A stretch of DNA of 64,000 nt from NCBI GenBank assembly GCA_964585565.1, contig CAZPEC010000008.1, positions 8,201 through 72,200 on the forward strand, written 5' to 3'. Below, one piece after another: positions 9,884 through 20,900 of this stretch. The translations under genes and the position numbers were made by a program. This stretch comes from an uncultured Akkermansia sp. (GTDB taxonomy: Bacteria > Bacteroidota > Bacteroidia > B-17B0 > Aurantibacillaceae). How positions within the stretch are numbered: position 1 is the first letter of the stretch; each line of letters opens with the position of its first letter. The notes beneath the pieces are model-generated. The model did no database searches. It was not told the DNA's origin and was given only the letters and a program-made list of their open reading frames with translations.

Positions 9884-12343
9884 ATGGATTTACCCATTAA
9901 AAATATCCTAAAAGATGTTGAATCGACGCTAAAAAGCCATAATAGGCTTATCATTACTGCTCCACCGGGTAGTGGAAAAAGTACCGTATTACCGCTATAC
10001 TTATTAAACTCAAGCCTTTTATCCGAAAAAAAAATCATACTGCTGGAGCCTCGCAGGCTGGCTGTAAAAAGTATAGCCGGACGCATGGCACAACTGATAA
10101 GCCAGGAACCCGGGCAAGATATCGGATACCGAATCAGGCTTGAGAAAAAAATAAGTCCACAAACACGTTTGGAAGTAGTTACCGAAGGTATTTTAACACG
10201 AATGATACAGGAGGATAATGCACTGGAAAAAATTGGCCTGATAATTTTTGATGAATTTCATGAACGAAATTTACAGGCCGATCTAGCTTTGGCCCTTTGT
10301 TTACAGATACAACAGGTTCTTCGTCCCGATTTAAAAATAATCGTTATGTCGGCTACTATCGATACAAACGCTTTATCAAAAACACTAAAGGCTCCTGTTG
10401 TAAGCTGTGAAGGTAAAATGCATCCGGTTGAAATTTCTTACGGTGAAGATAACGATCTTCATACACTCAGCGAACAATGCGCCCGTATCATAAAAAAGGC
10501 CGTTGAAAACCATCCGGGTGATTGTCTGGCATTTCTGCCCGGAGAGGGAGAAATAAAAAAATGCGAAGAAATTCTTTTGGAACTGCTTCCTGATTTTTCC
10601 ATCCATCCGCTTTACGGTATGCTTAGCATGAAGGAACAACAGCTGGCCATTCTTCCAAACAAAAATAAAAGAAAAATTGTATTGGCCACTTCTATTGCCG
10701 AAACCAGCCTTACCATCGAAGGTGTTACTATTGTCGTAGACTCCGGATACACCAGAAGAAACCGGTTCGATAACCGATCTGGGATGAACCGATTGGAAAC
10801 GCTGAGAATCAGTAAAGACTCTGCCGATCAGAGAAGCGGCCGGGCCGGGAGGCTGCAAAATGGAGTTTGTTACCGTATGTGGAGCCTGGCTACTCATCAG
10901 CGATTAACAGAGCAGCGTATCCCCGAAATAGCGGAAAGCGATTTATGTGTACTTGCGCTCGAACTATTGAAGTGGGGCGTTGTAAATCCAAACGAACTTA
11001 GCTGGATAGACAAGCCACCGGCAAGTAACTATCAGGCGGCTGTTCAAACATTAGTCGGTTTAGAAGCTATACAGGAAGACAAAATTACCTTACATGGAAA
11101 AAACATGCACCGCTTAGGTTGCCACCCCCGCATTGCGCACATGCTTTTATCTGCTCAAAATAAGGAAGAAAAATCACTTGCCTGCGATATATCCGCTGTT
11201 TTAGAAAACAGAGACCCTTTCTACAGAACAGCAAATACAGATATCACCATACGCATTGAAGAACTCAGAAAGAGAAGAAAAGAAAAACAAACAGGCGGGA
11301 GTTGGGGCATAATTCTCCAAACAGCCTCATATTATCATACCCTTATTCAAGCGGAAGAAAGTACGCAAATAGCGGACCATTACCGTTGTGGTCTTCTCAT
11401 TTCTACAGCTTACCCCGAAAGAACTGCCAGAAAAAAGGAAAATAGTATCGGTAAATTTCAGCTTGCTAACGGTAAAACAGCCTCAATGGAAAAAAATGAT
11501 AATTTGGCTCATGAAGAATGGCTAGGCATTGCTCAGGTTGATTTAAGAGACACCGAAGGGAAAATATTTTTAGCCGCGCCGATTGAACCTCAACAAATCA
11601 AATCAAAACTATCCGAACAAGAAAAAATATTTTGGAACAATAAGGAAGGTGTATTACAGGCATCCATGGAACTAAAGCTCGGGAATCTTGTGGTGGAAAG
11701 TAAGCCTCTGCCTAATCCTAATCCGGAAGAGGTAAAAAAAGTTATTTATACACTCATAAAGAACGACTGGGAACAACTTTTACATCTTTCCGACCGTTTT
11801 TTGAATCTTCAAAATAGAATTTTATCTCTTTCCTTATGGAATCCGGAAGAATTATGGCCTGATTGTTCGTCTGAAAAACTTTTCAAAAATCCCGAAAAAT
11901 GGCTGGCTCCCTACCTGAACAGTATAAAACGAAAAGAAGATTTTAAAGCCGTAGATTTATACACCTGTTTATTTTTCTCTTTAAGTCCACTTCAGCAACA
12001 GCTACTTGACGAAAAAGCGCCGGAAAAAATAAAAGTTCCCAGTGGCTCCTTTATTTCGCTGAGATACTACTCAGATGGCAAAGCGCCGGTATTATCGGTA
12101 AGACTTCAGGAAGTATTTGGCTTGTTGAATACCCCGCTTGTTAATGGCGGAAAAATAAAGGTTATTCTACACCTTTTATCTCCCGGCTACAAACCCGTTC
12201 AGGTTACTTCTGATTTAAAAAGCTTTTGGAATGGATTGTATTTTGAAGTTAAAAAAGAACTCCAACGGCGATATCCCAAGCATTCCTGGCCCGAAAACCC
12301 CATGGATGCCAAAGCCATTGCAAAAGGTAAATCAACGAAATAA
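9884..12343 (+). CDS. hrpB: ATP-dependent RNA helicase HrpB (DEAH-box family)
   Basis: Motifs APPGSGKST, DEFHER, MSATID, TSIAETSLTIEGV and QRSGRAGR, plus a long HrpB-type C-terminal domain. The ORF-track start at 9707 overlaps fumC, so I trimmed to the ATG at 9884 (MDLPIKNIL...). Confidence 0.88.
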   Translation: MDLPIKNILKDVESTLKSHNRLIITAPPGSGKSTVLPLYLLNSSLLSEKKIILLEPRRLAVKSIAGRMAQLISQEPGQDIGYRIRLEKKISPQTRLEVVTEGILTRMIQEDNALEKIGLIIFDEFHERNLQADLALALCLQIQQVLRPDLKIIVMSATIDTNALSKTLKAPVVSCEGKMHPVEISYGEDNDLHTLSEQCARIIKKAVENHPGDCLAFLPGEGEIKKCEEILLELLPDFSIHPLYGMLSMKEQQLAILPNKNKRKIVLATSIAETSLTIEGVTIVVDSGYTRRNRFDNRSGMNRLETLRISKDSADQRSGRAGRLQNGVCYRMWSLATHQRLTEQRIPEIAESDLCVLALELLKWGVVNPNELSWIDKPPASNYQAAVQTLVGLEAIQEDKITLHGKNMHRLGCHPRIAHMLLSAQNKEEKSLACDISAVLENRDPFYRTANTDITIRIEELRKRRKEKQTGGSWGIILQTASYYHTLIQAEESTQIADHYRCGLLISTAYPERTARKKENSIGKFQLANGKTASMEKNDNLAHEEWLGIAQVDLRDTEGKIFLAAPIEPQQIKSKLSEQEKIFWNNKEGVLQASMELKLGNLVVESKPLPNPNPEEVKKVIYTLIKNDWEQLLHLSDRFLNLQNRILSLSLWNPEELWPDCSSEKLFKNPEKWLAPYLNSIKRKEDFKAVDLYTCLFFSLSPLQQQLLDEKAPEKIKVPSGSFISLRYYSDGKAPVLSVRLQEVFGLLNTPLVNGGKIKVILHLLSPGYKPVQVTSDLKSFWNGLYFEVKKELQRRYPKHSWPENPMDAKAIAKGKSTK

Positions 12344-12356
12344 ACTCTCTTATATA

Positions 12357-13691
12357 TTAAAATTTTTCCCCTTCCAACCTGGCAACCACGGCACTGGCTA
12401 CGGCATTTCCAACCACATTAGTTGCACTTCTGCCCATATCTAACAATTGATCAACGGCAAGTAATAACAATAAGCCTTCCTGCGGTATATGAAACATGGC
12501 CAACATACCCGCTATAACTACCAAAGACGCTCTTGGAACACCCGCCATTCCCTTACTGGTAACCAGCAAAATAAGCATCATGTTAATTTGATCGCCGGCG
12601 GTTAAGGTTATATTATAGCTCTGGGCAATGAATAGTGTAGCAAAGGTCATGTACATGATAGAGCCATCCAAATTAAAAGAATAACCAAGAGGCAATACAA
12701 AACTTACTATTCGTTTACTTATACCATGATTTTCAAGCGCTTCAATGGTTTTAGGCATGGCACTCTCGCTACTGGCTGTACTAAAAGCCAGCAAAATCGG
12801 CTCTTTAATATCACGAAGTAAGCGTAAAAAATTAATACGAAACAGTTGGCATATTACAAATAATACCACGAATACAAAAAACAGCAAGCCTCCAAAAAAG
12901 CAAACAATAAGATATAAGTAACCGGTAAGTAAGTCTAACCCTTGCTGTATAACCACTGCCGTAATAGCACCAAAAATACCTACAGGAGCAAAATTCATTA
13001 CGTAGTTGGTAACTTTAAACATCACATGAGCCAAACTGTCGCAAGCATGAACAATACTTTTGCCCTGCTCTTTTATAGAGGCAGCGGCTACTCCAAAAAA
13101 AAGTGCAAAAATAACTATCGGCAATATTTCATTTTTAGCCATGGAACCAATAACGCTCTCCGGAATCACATGCTGAATGAAATTTTTAGCACTTTGTGCA
13201 TTTGCTCTTACCGGAGAGGTATCTCCGCCTGCAGGCAATTCAAGATGCATAATTTTACCCGGTTCAAAAATATTTACAATTACAAGTCCCAGAGCCAAGG
13301 CAATTAACGTAGCTCCTGTAAAATAAATTAATGTTTTTAACCCAATTCGGCCCACACTCTTAAAATCACCTAATTTTGCCACGCCCACTACCAATACGGC
13401 AAAAACAAGGGGGGCAATTATCATTTTTATCAGACGCAAAAAAATATCACTCAATATAGAAAACTTATCTGCCACACTTTTTTTTGCCTCTCTGAAGTAA
13501 TAATCGCGAGTTGATTGAATTAGTTTTTCTGCCTTCTTTCGTACGTCCTTATTTTTAATAAAATGTAAATCTGCTTCGTTAGCTTTCGGGAAATTAGATT
13601 GAACAGAGGTGTTGATAATATGTCCGGTAACAATTCCCAGCAACATGGAAACTACAATCCAAAGAATAAGACTATTTTTTTTAAATTTCAT
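12357..13691 (-). CDS. Dicarboxylate/amino acid:cation symporter (DAACS, GltP/DctA-like)
   Basis: 444 aa and polytopic. Family-typical segments TASSESAMP and VTSKGMAGVPRASLVV. Confidence 0.8.
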   Translation of the reverse strand: MKFKKNSLILWIVVSMLLGIVTGHIINTSVQSNFPKANEADLHFIKNKDVRKKAEKLIQSTRDYYFREAKKSVADKFSILSDIFLRLIKMIIAPLVFAVLVVGVAKLGDFKSVGRIGLKTLIYFTGATLIALALGLVIVNIFEPGKIMHLELPAGGDTSPVRANAQSAKNFIQHVIPESVIGSMAKNEILPIVIFALFFGVAAASIKEQGKSIVHACDSLAHVMFKVTNYVMNFAPVGIFGAITAVVIQQGLDLLTGYLYLIVCFFGGLLFFVFVVLFVICQLFRINFLRLLRDIKEPILLAFSTASSESAMPKTIEALENHGISKRIVSFVLPLGYSFNLDGSIMYMTFATLFIAQSYNITLTAGDQINMMLILLVTSKGMAGVPRASLVVIAGMLAMFHIPQEGLLLLLAVDQLLDMGRSATNVVGNAVASAVVARLEGEKF

Positions 13692-13696
13692 GGCAA

Positions 13697-15016
13697 CTAC
13701 AATATAGTAATCAGAGACTCCATTTTCATACCTCTGGAGCCTTTAATGAGGATAAGCGTATGTGTTATTTTATTATTTTGTAGATACTTACTGCAAGTGT
13801 CTGTGTCCGGAAATTTCAGATAATTATGGCCATTTGTTTTTTCAAATTCTTTGCCAACAAGTATTACTTTGCTGAAAGTATACTTAGCAATTAATTCCGT
13901 AATAAGTTGATGTTCTTTTACGCTTTCTTCTCCCAACTCAAACATATCACCCAGCAACAAACATTTTTCCTGACCGGGTATAGAGGCAAAATTTTCGATG
14001 GCTGCCTTCATGCTACTAGGATTGGCATTGTAAGCATCCAAAATAATTTTGTTTGCCTCCGTCTGAACAAGCTGAGAACGGTTCATGGAGGGTACATACT
14101 CTGAAAGCGCTTGATTAATTAATGCATCTTCTACTTTAAAGTAATTTGCCACACATACCGCTGCCAAACAGTTAATAAAATTGTACCTACCGGTAATTTG
14201 GGTTTTCACCAACGGGAGTTTAGACCAGTTTTTTTCTCCGTAGCGGGTTGTCCATTTAAAAACTACTGTTTCGTAATTCGACTCATCTTTCCCTATTACA
14301 TCATACAACTTTTTAACGCCGTACGAAATTTTATCATTTCCTTTTGCCAATTCCTGCAGCACCTCATCGTCTCCGCATATAAATACCTTGCCACTCTTGC
14401 TTGCAATATACCTGTATAATTCACTCTTTCCTTTTTTTACACCTTCTATACCGCCAAAACCTTCCAAATGGGCTTTTCCTATGTTGGTAATAATTCCATA
14501 ATCGGGTTCTGCAATTCTACACAATTGGTCTATTTCACCCTGGTGATTAGCGCCCATTTCAATAATCGCGAATTCATGTTCTTTATTCAGGCAAAGTAAA
14601 GTTAAAGGAACACCTATATGATTATTTAAGTTTCCTACCGTTGCCAAACATTTATATTTTTTTCCAAGGGCAGTGGAAATAAGTTCTTTATGGGTTGTTT
14701 TTGCATTGCTTCCGGTAATGGCCAGTACAGGAATACTAAATTTTTTTCGGTGATGATTGGCCAAATTTTGTAAGGTGGTTAGGGTATTTTCTACATAAAA
14801 TATGGTGCTTCCGTCCGCATACTTTTCCTCGTCTACCAAGGCAAACTTACAGCCTTTATTAATAGCCTCCCGAGCAAATTCATTGGCATTAAAATTAGCG
14901 CCTCGTAAGCTAATAAAAAGAGAGCCGGATTCAATTTTACGGGTATCAGTACAAACCTTTGCATTTGCCTGTAGAAATAACTCATATAACTTTTCCGTAT
15001 CCATGTATTGCTTCAA
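13697..15016 (-). CDS. murF: UDP-N-acetylmuramoyl-tripeptide--D-alanyl-D-alanine ligase
   Basis: 439 aa. Mur-ligase P-loop ITGSNAKTT, plus DAYNANPSSM and LGDMFELG motifs. Confidence 0.9.
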   Translation of the reverse strand: MKQYMDTEKLYELFLQANAKVCTDTRKIESGSLFISLRGANFNANEFAREAINKGCKFALVDEEKYADGSTIFYVENTLTTLQNLANHHRKKFSIPVLAITGSNAKTTHKELISTALGKKYKCLATVGNLNNHIGVPLTLLCLNKEHEFAIIEMGANHQGEIDQLCRIAEPDYGIITNIGKAHLEGFGGIEGVKKGKSELYRYIASKSGKVFICGDDEVLQELAKGNDKISYGVKKLYDVIGKDESNYETVVFKWTTRYGEKNWSKLPLVKTQITGRYNFINCLAAVCVANYFKVEDALINQALSEYVPSMNRSQLVQTEANKIILDAYNANPSSMKAAIENFASIPGQEKCLLLGDMFELGEESVKEHQLITELIAKYTFSKVILVGKEFEKTNGHNYLKFPDTDTCSKYLQNNKITHTLILIKGSRGMKMESLITIL

Positions 15017-15027
15017 ATTTCTTAAAA

Positions 15028-15060
15028 GTAAAAAACCCTTAAGTTTTTCACTTAAGGGTT
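15028..15060 (-). terminator. Intrinsic terminator downstream of gldJ
   Basis: Perfect 10-bp inverted repeat ACCCTTAAGT (15035-15044) / ACTTAAGGGT (15050-15059) with a 5-nt loop, followed on the minus strand by a U6 tract. Confidence 0.75.
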
Positions 15061-15081
15061 CTCACGCATTTATCAACAAAA

Positions 15082-16752
15082 TTATTTTCCGAGACCTACC
15101 GGACTACCCACACGCGTCATAGCACAGCGGAATCCGAGCCATGAAGTGGATTGGCGTTGATCTAAAAATCTCCTTGTTCCTGGATTCATAAAATAGGCTC
15201 GATCTCTCCAACTGCCTCCTTTAATTACACGAGCCTTATCATTTACCAACGAGGTTCTGGCATACTCATACATCATTTTATCAGATTTATCGGTATAAGC
15301 ATCTTCGCCCTCCGTATAGTATATACTAGACATCACATCTCCGTCGAGATAATTGATATAATCGGCGGTTTTATAGTTTCTGCGCTCATCCAAATTATCG
15401 GTAGATACAGCGATAGAAACCTCGCGCCACTGTACGCGCCCGGGTATATCAGATTTACCTTCGGGTGAAGCATTGTTATTACCGTTGGGGTCGGTTGTCA
15501 TGATGGTTAAAACACTGTCCACCACATCGGCGGTTTCTCCGCTGGCGCCGTGTGCTGTGGGAGGGTTAACCTTGTGCGTAAATTTCTGATAAATGGGGCC
15601 GTCAACATTGGTTAGTATTTCCCCGCCTAAACCGCCGATAAGCGTTGTACTATCTCTTTTTTGAGTGGTAAAAATATTACCGCGGAAAGGACGGAACTCA
15701 TCAGCATCCTGAATAGTGTTAGGACGATACACATCCATTACCCACTCGGTAACATTACCTGCCATGTTATACAAACCATAATCATTAGGCCAGTAAGAAT
15801 ATACAGGAGCTGTTACGTCGGCATTATCATTCAAATAACCGGCAGTACCCATGTAATCACCGGCTCCACGAACAAAGTTTGCATTCATTTGGCCAATAAA
15901 CTGGTCGGTGGCATTACGAACACCATGCCCATTCCATGGATAGATACGACGGTCGGTAATACGCTCTCCTATTGTATTGCCTATTAAACCATAGGCGGCG
16001 TATTCCCATTCGGCTTCAGTGGGCAAGCGGTATTTGGGTAAAAATATCCCATCTTCCATACGCACATCGCGCTCAGGATTTTGATCATCAAAAGAAGGTA
16101 ATTTTTGCTTAAGCTGTCCTTGCCACTTACCGGCCAAGTAGGCTTCAGTACTAAAATAATCCTGGTCAGAGGGGCTTGGTGTGTGCTCCAACAAACCTTC
16201 ACGAATAAGGATAAATTCATTTACCCTGTCGGTACGCCAGGCACAAAAATCGTTAGCTTGCAACCAGTTAACACCAACCACCGGATAATCGCGATAGGCA
16301 GGATGGCGTAAATAATACTCAACATAGGGTTCATTGTATGCTAGCTTTTCTCTCCAAACTAAAGTATCGGGAAGTGCTTTGTAATACACATCCGGAAAAG
16401 TAGGGCCAAATACCCTTGCCGTCCAATAAAGATATTCGCAGTACCCTATGTTGCTCACCTCTGTTTCATCCATATAAAATGAAGAAACAGTAACCTTTCT
16501 TGGAACATTATGCCACTCATAGGTAACATCATGTTCCGTTCTACCCATGGTAAACTGACCACCCTCAATAAGCACCAAGCCGGGACCGGTTTCTTGTTCC
16601 TCGTAGGGAACTTTTTCAAATCCGCCATTGGTTGGATCATTATACGCCCAACCGGTAACCGGAGAGCGCTCCTGAGAACAGGAAACCATCATTAAAAGGG
16701 CTATGGCCCCCAGGGTTTTTGTTTTCGTATTATTTATCCAGTTCATTTTCAT
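15082..16752 (-). CDS. gldJ: Gliding motility lipoprotein GldJ (FGE/SUMF1-like fold)
   Basis: Lipobox LLMMVSC. GWAYNDPTNGGFEKVPYEEQETGPGLVLIEGGQFTMGR near the N-terminus and GGSWRD near the C-terminus. About 556 aa. The ATG at 16752 is preferred over the TTG at 16767. Confidence 0.88.
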   Translation of the reverse strand: MKMNWINNTKTKTLGAIALLMMVSCSQERSPVTGWAYNDPTNGGFEKVPYEEQETGPGLVLIEGGQFTMGRTEHDVTYEWHNVPRKVTVSSFYMDETEVSNIGYCEYLYWTARVFGPTFPDVYYKALPDTLVWREKLAYNEPYVEYYLRHPAYRDYPVVGVNWLQANDFCAWRTDRVNEFILIREGLLEHTPSPSDQDYFSTEAYLAGKWQGQLKQKLPSFDDQNPERDVRMEDGIFLPKYRLPTEAEWEYAAYGLIGNTIGERITDRRIYPWNGHGVRNATDQFIGQMNANFVRGAGDYMGTAGYLNDNADVTAPVYSYWPNDYGLYNMAGNVTEWVMDVYRPNTIQDADEFRPFRGNIFTTQKRDSTTLIGGLGGEILTNVDGPIYQKFTHKVNPPTAHGASGETADVVDSVLTIMTTDPNGNNNASPEGKSDIPGRVQWREVSIAVSTDNLDERRNYKTADYINYLDGDVMSSIYYTEGEDAYTDKSDKMMYEYARTSLVNDKARVIKGGSWRDRAYFMNPGTRRFLDQRQSTSWLGFRCAMTRVGSPVGLGK

Positions 16753-16800
16753 ATAGTTTACTTGCAACTTGATTTTTTACCTATAACCAAGTTTTGGTGC

Positions 16801-16808
16801 CAAAGTTA
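16801..16808 (-). promoter_or_regulatory. Candidate Bacteroidota sigma-A -7 box (TAACTTTG) for gldJ
   Basis: Perfect TAnnTTTG on the minus strand, about 49 nt upstream of the 16752 ATG. Confidence 0.4.
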
Positions 16809-16881
16809 CAGTATTTATCAAAAAAAGAACACACTTTATATAGAACGCTATAACGTAATAAAAATTAAAAGGTTACATTTG

Positions 16882-17832
16882 TTAAAAAGAAGGGCAGCTA
16901 ATCGTTCTGTATTTCTTCTTTTTGGGTTTACACTCAAACTGAATCTGCAACGATACTTCGTGCGAACCGGCGGTATTTCCGCTTAATTTTGAAACAGTTA
17001 TATCGTAGCTGTACCCAAATTTAAAATTGTTGTTTTGAACACCTACTAAGGCTATAACGGCATCTTTATTTCTGTACCACAACCCGGCAACGAAAGGGCC
17101 TCTTACATAGTAAAGACCTAAATTAAGCTGACGAAACTTTTGTTGAGCCTGAAAAAGTACATTGGGAGAAAGGTAGCTTTCATTACTGCGATCACTGAGA
17201 GGTATAATAATTCCTCCGTGCCCGGTAAACTTAGCAGGCATACGAGACTGCCCCAAAAGTCCTTCATCAGGTTGAGTAATATGGTGGGCGGCAAAACCAA
17301 AAAAGTAATTTTTGCTGTATCCCAACACACCGGCCGAGAAATCGGCATTTGCTCTTTTAGCCTGGGGTACCGTTTCGGAAGTGTTCCAGACAAATCCGCG
17401 GCGAGCGTCTATCATGTCACCAAAATTAAGGCGTCCGCGGTCAAGTACTTTCTGAAAATAAGTAGCCTGTATTCCAAATTTTAAGGAAAACTCTCTGTTG
17501 ATGGCAGCATGGTACGAATAAACCAAACTGGCGTTGGTGGTTCTTAAGGTTCCTCTTGCTTGGTCATCATTCATTACAATAACCCCAAGGCCACCGGAAA
17601 GAAAATCAAAGTGTTGGTCGTATGAGGCGGAATAAGTAACGTAAGTTCCTGAAAGATTGGGCCATTGGTTACGATAATTTAAGCATACTCTGGCGCACCT
17701 GGCAGTTCCGGCAAAGGCAGGATTTAGATAAACCGGGTTTGCATAAAACTGGGTAAATTGCGGATCCTGAGCCTCCACGTTGCAGAGCATTGCCGCAAAA
17801 GCAAGCAATACAAATAAAATTCGTTTAGTCAT
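16882..17832 (-). CDS. PorP/SprF family type IX secretion system membrane protein
   Basis: Signal peptide followed by AQDPQFTQFYANPVYLNPAFAG, the family hallmark. About 316 aa and beta-barrel-like. The ORF-track start at 17892 was trimmed to the ATG at 17832 (MTKRILFVLL...). Confidence 0.85.
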   Translation of the reverse strand: MTKRILFVLLAFAAMLCNVEAQDPQFTQFYANPVYLNPAFAGTARCARVCLNYRNQWPNLSGTYVTYSASYDQHFDFLSGGLGVIVMNDDQARGTLRTTNASLVYSYHAAINREFSLKFGIQATYFQKVLDRGRLNFGDMIDARRGFVWNTSETVPQAKRANADFSAGVLGYSKNYFFGFAAHHITQPDEGLLGQSRMPAKFTGHGGIIIPLSDRSNESYLSPNVLFQAQQKFRQLNLGLYYVRGPFVAGLWYRNKDAVIALVGVQNNNFKFGYSYDITVSKLSGNTAGSHEVSLQIQFECKPKKKKYRTISCPSF

Positions 17833-17857
17833 ATAAAAATGTACCAATCCTATCTTA

Positions 17858-17865
17858 CAAATATA
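17858..17865 (-). promoter_or_regulatory. Candidate -7 box (TATATTTG) for the porP/sprF-like gene
   Basis: Perfect TAnnTTTG on the minus strand, 26 nt upstream of the ATG at 17832. Confidence 0.4.
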
Positions 17866-17871
17866 ATAATG

Positions 17872-17879
17872 TATTTTTG
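17872..17879 (+). promoter_or_regulatory. Candidate -7 box (TATTTTTG) for porU-porV
   Basis: Perfect TAnnTTTG on the plus strand, about 76 nt upstream of the porU ATG and back-to-back with the minus-strand box. Confidence 0.35.
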
Positions 17880-17954
17880 AATAGAAAAACATTTTCTTAA
17901 CAATATTTTACTTAAGTAAGCGTTTTTAATTTGTTAATATTACGTCCTTTAGCC

Positions 17955-20900
17955 ATGAAAAGAGTCCTCCTTATAGGAATAGTTCTGTTTTGCGTTCAAT
18001 TAAGGGCTCAAAGAACCGCTTTTAACAATTCTGTAACCTCAAACAAATCCGGAAAAAGCAATATAATTCAGATTAACCGTAAAGGTTACGAAAAAATTAT
18101 ACTAAAAAATGCGCACTATAATCCGGAGAAAAAAAATTTTCCATTTTTTCTGGAAACTAAATCAAGTGCTCAAAACCAACGCTGGAAGGCTGAGCTCAAA
18201 ATACTGGCTACTCGCCCTGTATCTGTTGAAGAACGAGAGGTTATTCAAAGCGAGCTGGGCAATTTTTTAAAGAGTAATTTTGAAACTACACAGTTTTACG
18301 CAACTGCCGGAACAGAGGAAATAAGCTATTGTCAAATTTACCCCTTCCGACTTAATGGAAACATACTGGAAGAACTGACCAATTACGAAATAAACTGGGT
18401 TCCGACAAGCTACCAACCTACCGCTTCAAAAGTAAAAAGTAGCTCGTTTAAAAACAATTCCGTACTGGCAAGTGGTAATTGGTACAAAATAGCTGTTCCA
18501 AGAAGCGGGATGTACCGTATCAACAGATCATTTTTAATTTCTGCGGGTATTAATCCGGCTAATATAAATCCTAAAAACATTCGTATTTACGGTAATGGGG
18601 GTAAAGAATTACCTCATCGGAACTCTGATTTCAGATACGACGACCTGGAAGAGAATGCCATTTTCGTAGCAGGAGAGGCAGATAATAGTTTTGATGCCGA
18701 AGACTACATCCTTTTCTACGCACAGGGTACTGTTTCCTGGCAAAAAATCAACTCCAACAGCGGACTTATTTTTAACTACTCCAGAAACACCTACAGCGAT
18801 ACCGCCTATTATTTTTTAACCACCGACTTGGGTCCGGGTAAGCGCATAAACACAGTTAACTCCCTTGGTGCAACACCCAACCACATTACCAACACTTACG
18901 ATTATTATAACTTTCATGAATCCGATCAAGTAAACTTTGTAAAAAGCGGACGTAACTTTTACGGCGAGTACTTCGACAATACCACTTCTTATTCCTTTCC
19001 CTTTAATGACAATAATTTTGTAACCGGCGATACTATTCGTGTAGAGTGTGTTATTGCCGGCAGAAGCTTTGTAAACAATGTTTACTCTGTTACAGGAAAC
19101 GGAATTAACTTTAACATAACCTGCACAGGTTTTGATATAAGCAATTACTTATCTGACTATGCACATGTTCAAAAAGGGTTCAGTAAAACACTTAACACCA
19201 ACTCGTCTAACATTGTTATCAGTGTTACAAAACAAACTGCCAACGCCGTAGCGTATTTAGACAAAGTAGCTGTTAACGCCAGAAGAGAACTTGTTTTTAA
19301 TAACACTTCTTTTTCTTTTCGCGACAGCAGAGTGTGTGCTCCCGGAAATATTACCGAATACCGAATTTCCGCATCCAATCCTTCTTCCCTCATGGTTTGG
19401 AATGTTAGTGATTTTATTAACCCTTTCCGTCAACAAACTAATATTACAGGAAATGAATTAAATTACGTAGCCACCGCCGACTCACTTCAGGAATATGTGG
19501 TTTTTAATCCATCTTTTCTCCCTCCACCCATTGCATACGGAAAAGTGAATAATCAGAACCTACATGCTATTGAACAAGCTGATTATGTTATCGTAACTCA
19601 TCCGCTGTTTTTATCCCAGGCAAATCGGCTGGGTCTTTTACATCAGCAGGAAGAGGGGCTCAGCTATGTGGTAGTTACCACACAACAAGTATATAATGAA
19701 TTTGGAAGCGGTATTGCTGATGCAGGAGCTATTCGAGACTTTACGCGCATGCTTTACTGGAGAGGGAAGAACTTAACAAATCCCCGGCCGGTTAAATATC
19801 TGCTGTTGATGGGAAGAGGCTCTTACCATAATAAAAACGGCAGGCCCGGAAATTCTAATTTTATACCTACTTATCAAACAGAAAATTCTGTTTCGTACAT
19901 AAGCAGCGTAGCAACCGACGATTTTTATGGACTAATGGATCCTAACGAAGGTTTTGTTCCCGAAAACTTTGGCGCTATGGACGTAGGGGTTGGACGCATA
20001 GTTGTTTCAAACCCTTTGCAGGCCGACGATGTAGTTAGAAAAATTGAAAACTATTATCGCAAAGGCGGACTTCCTCCGTTAACCTTTGATAATTGCAGCC
20101 CTGATAATAATACCTCCATAATGGGGGACTGGAGAAACTACATCATGTTTAGTGCCGACGACGGAGACTGGGCCCTGCACATGCAACAAGCCGACGATTT
20201 AGCAAACAAAGTAAAACAAATTGCACCTTCTTACAATATCGATAAGGTATACATAGATGCCTATAAGGGCCTGAGTACGCCAGGTGGAAAGCGTTATCCG
20301 GATATGCAAGCAGCCTTTAATAACCGTGTAAAAAAAGGGTGTTTGGTTATGAACTACACCGGACATGGAGGTGAAGTAGGGCTTGCCGCCGAGCGTGTGG
20401 TTGATATTCCAACCATTAATAGTTGGAACAACATTAATAACCTGCCGCTTTTTATTACCGCTACCTGTGAGTTTAGCCGTTATGACGACCCGGACCGTGT
20501 TTCTGCCGGAGAACTTTGTCTCCTAAATCCAAAAGGAGGATCGGTAGCCATGCTCACAACCTGCCGCTTAGCTTTTTCCAACTTTAATAAAACGCTTAAC
20601 GAACGCATTTTTGATTATCTTTTTCCAACCGAAAAAGGTTCTCCCTACCCCGCTTTAGGTGATGTAATCAGAAGAACAAAAGCTAATCTTACGCAATTCT
20701 TGTACTATGCCAACTTCCACCTGTTAGGCGACCCCGCCTTAACACTGGCTTATCCTCGAAATAAAGTCATAATGAGCGAAATTAACGGCAAACCCATCAG
20801 TCCAAGCTCTGCCGATACTATTAAAGCATTATCAAAAGTTACCGTAAAAGGATTCATAGCCGACACATCGGGTAATAAACTCAGTTCGTTTAACGGCTTA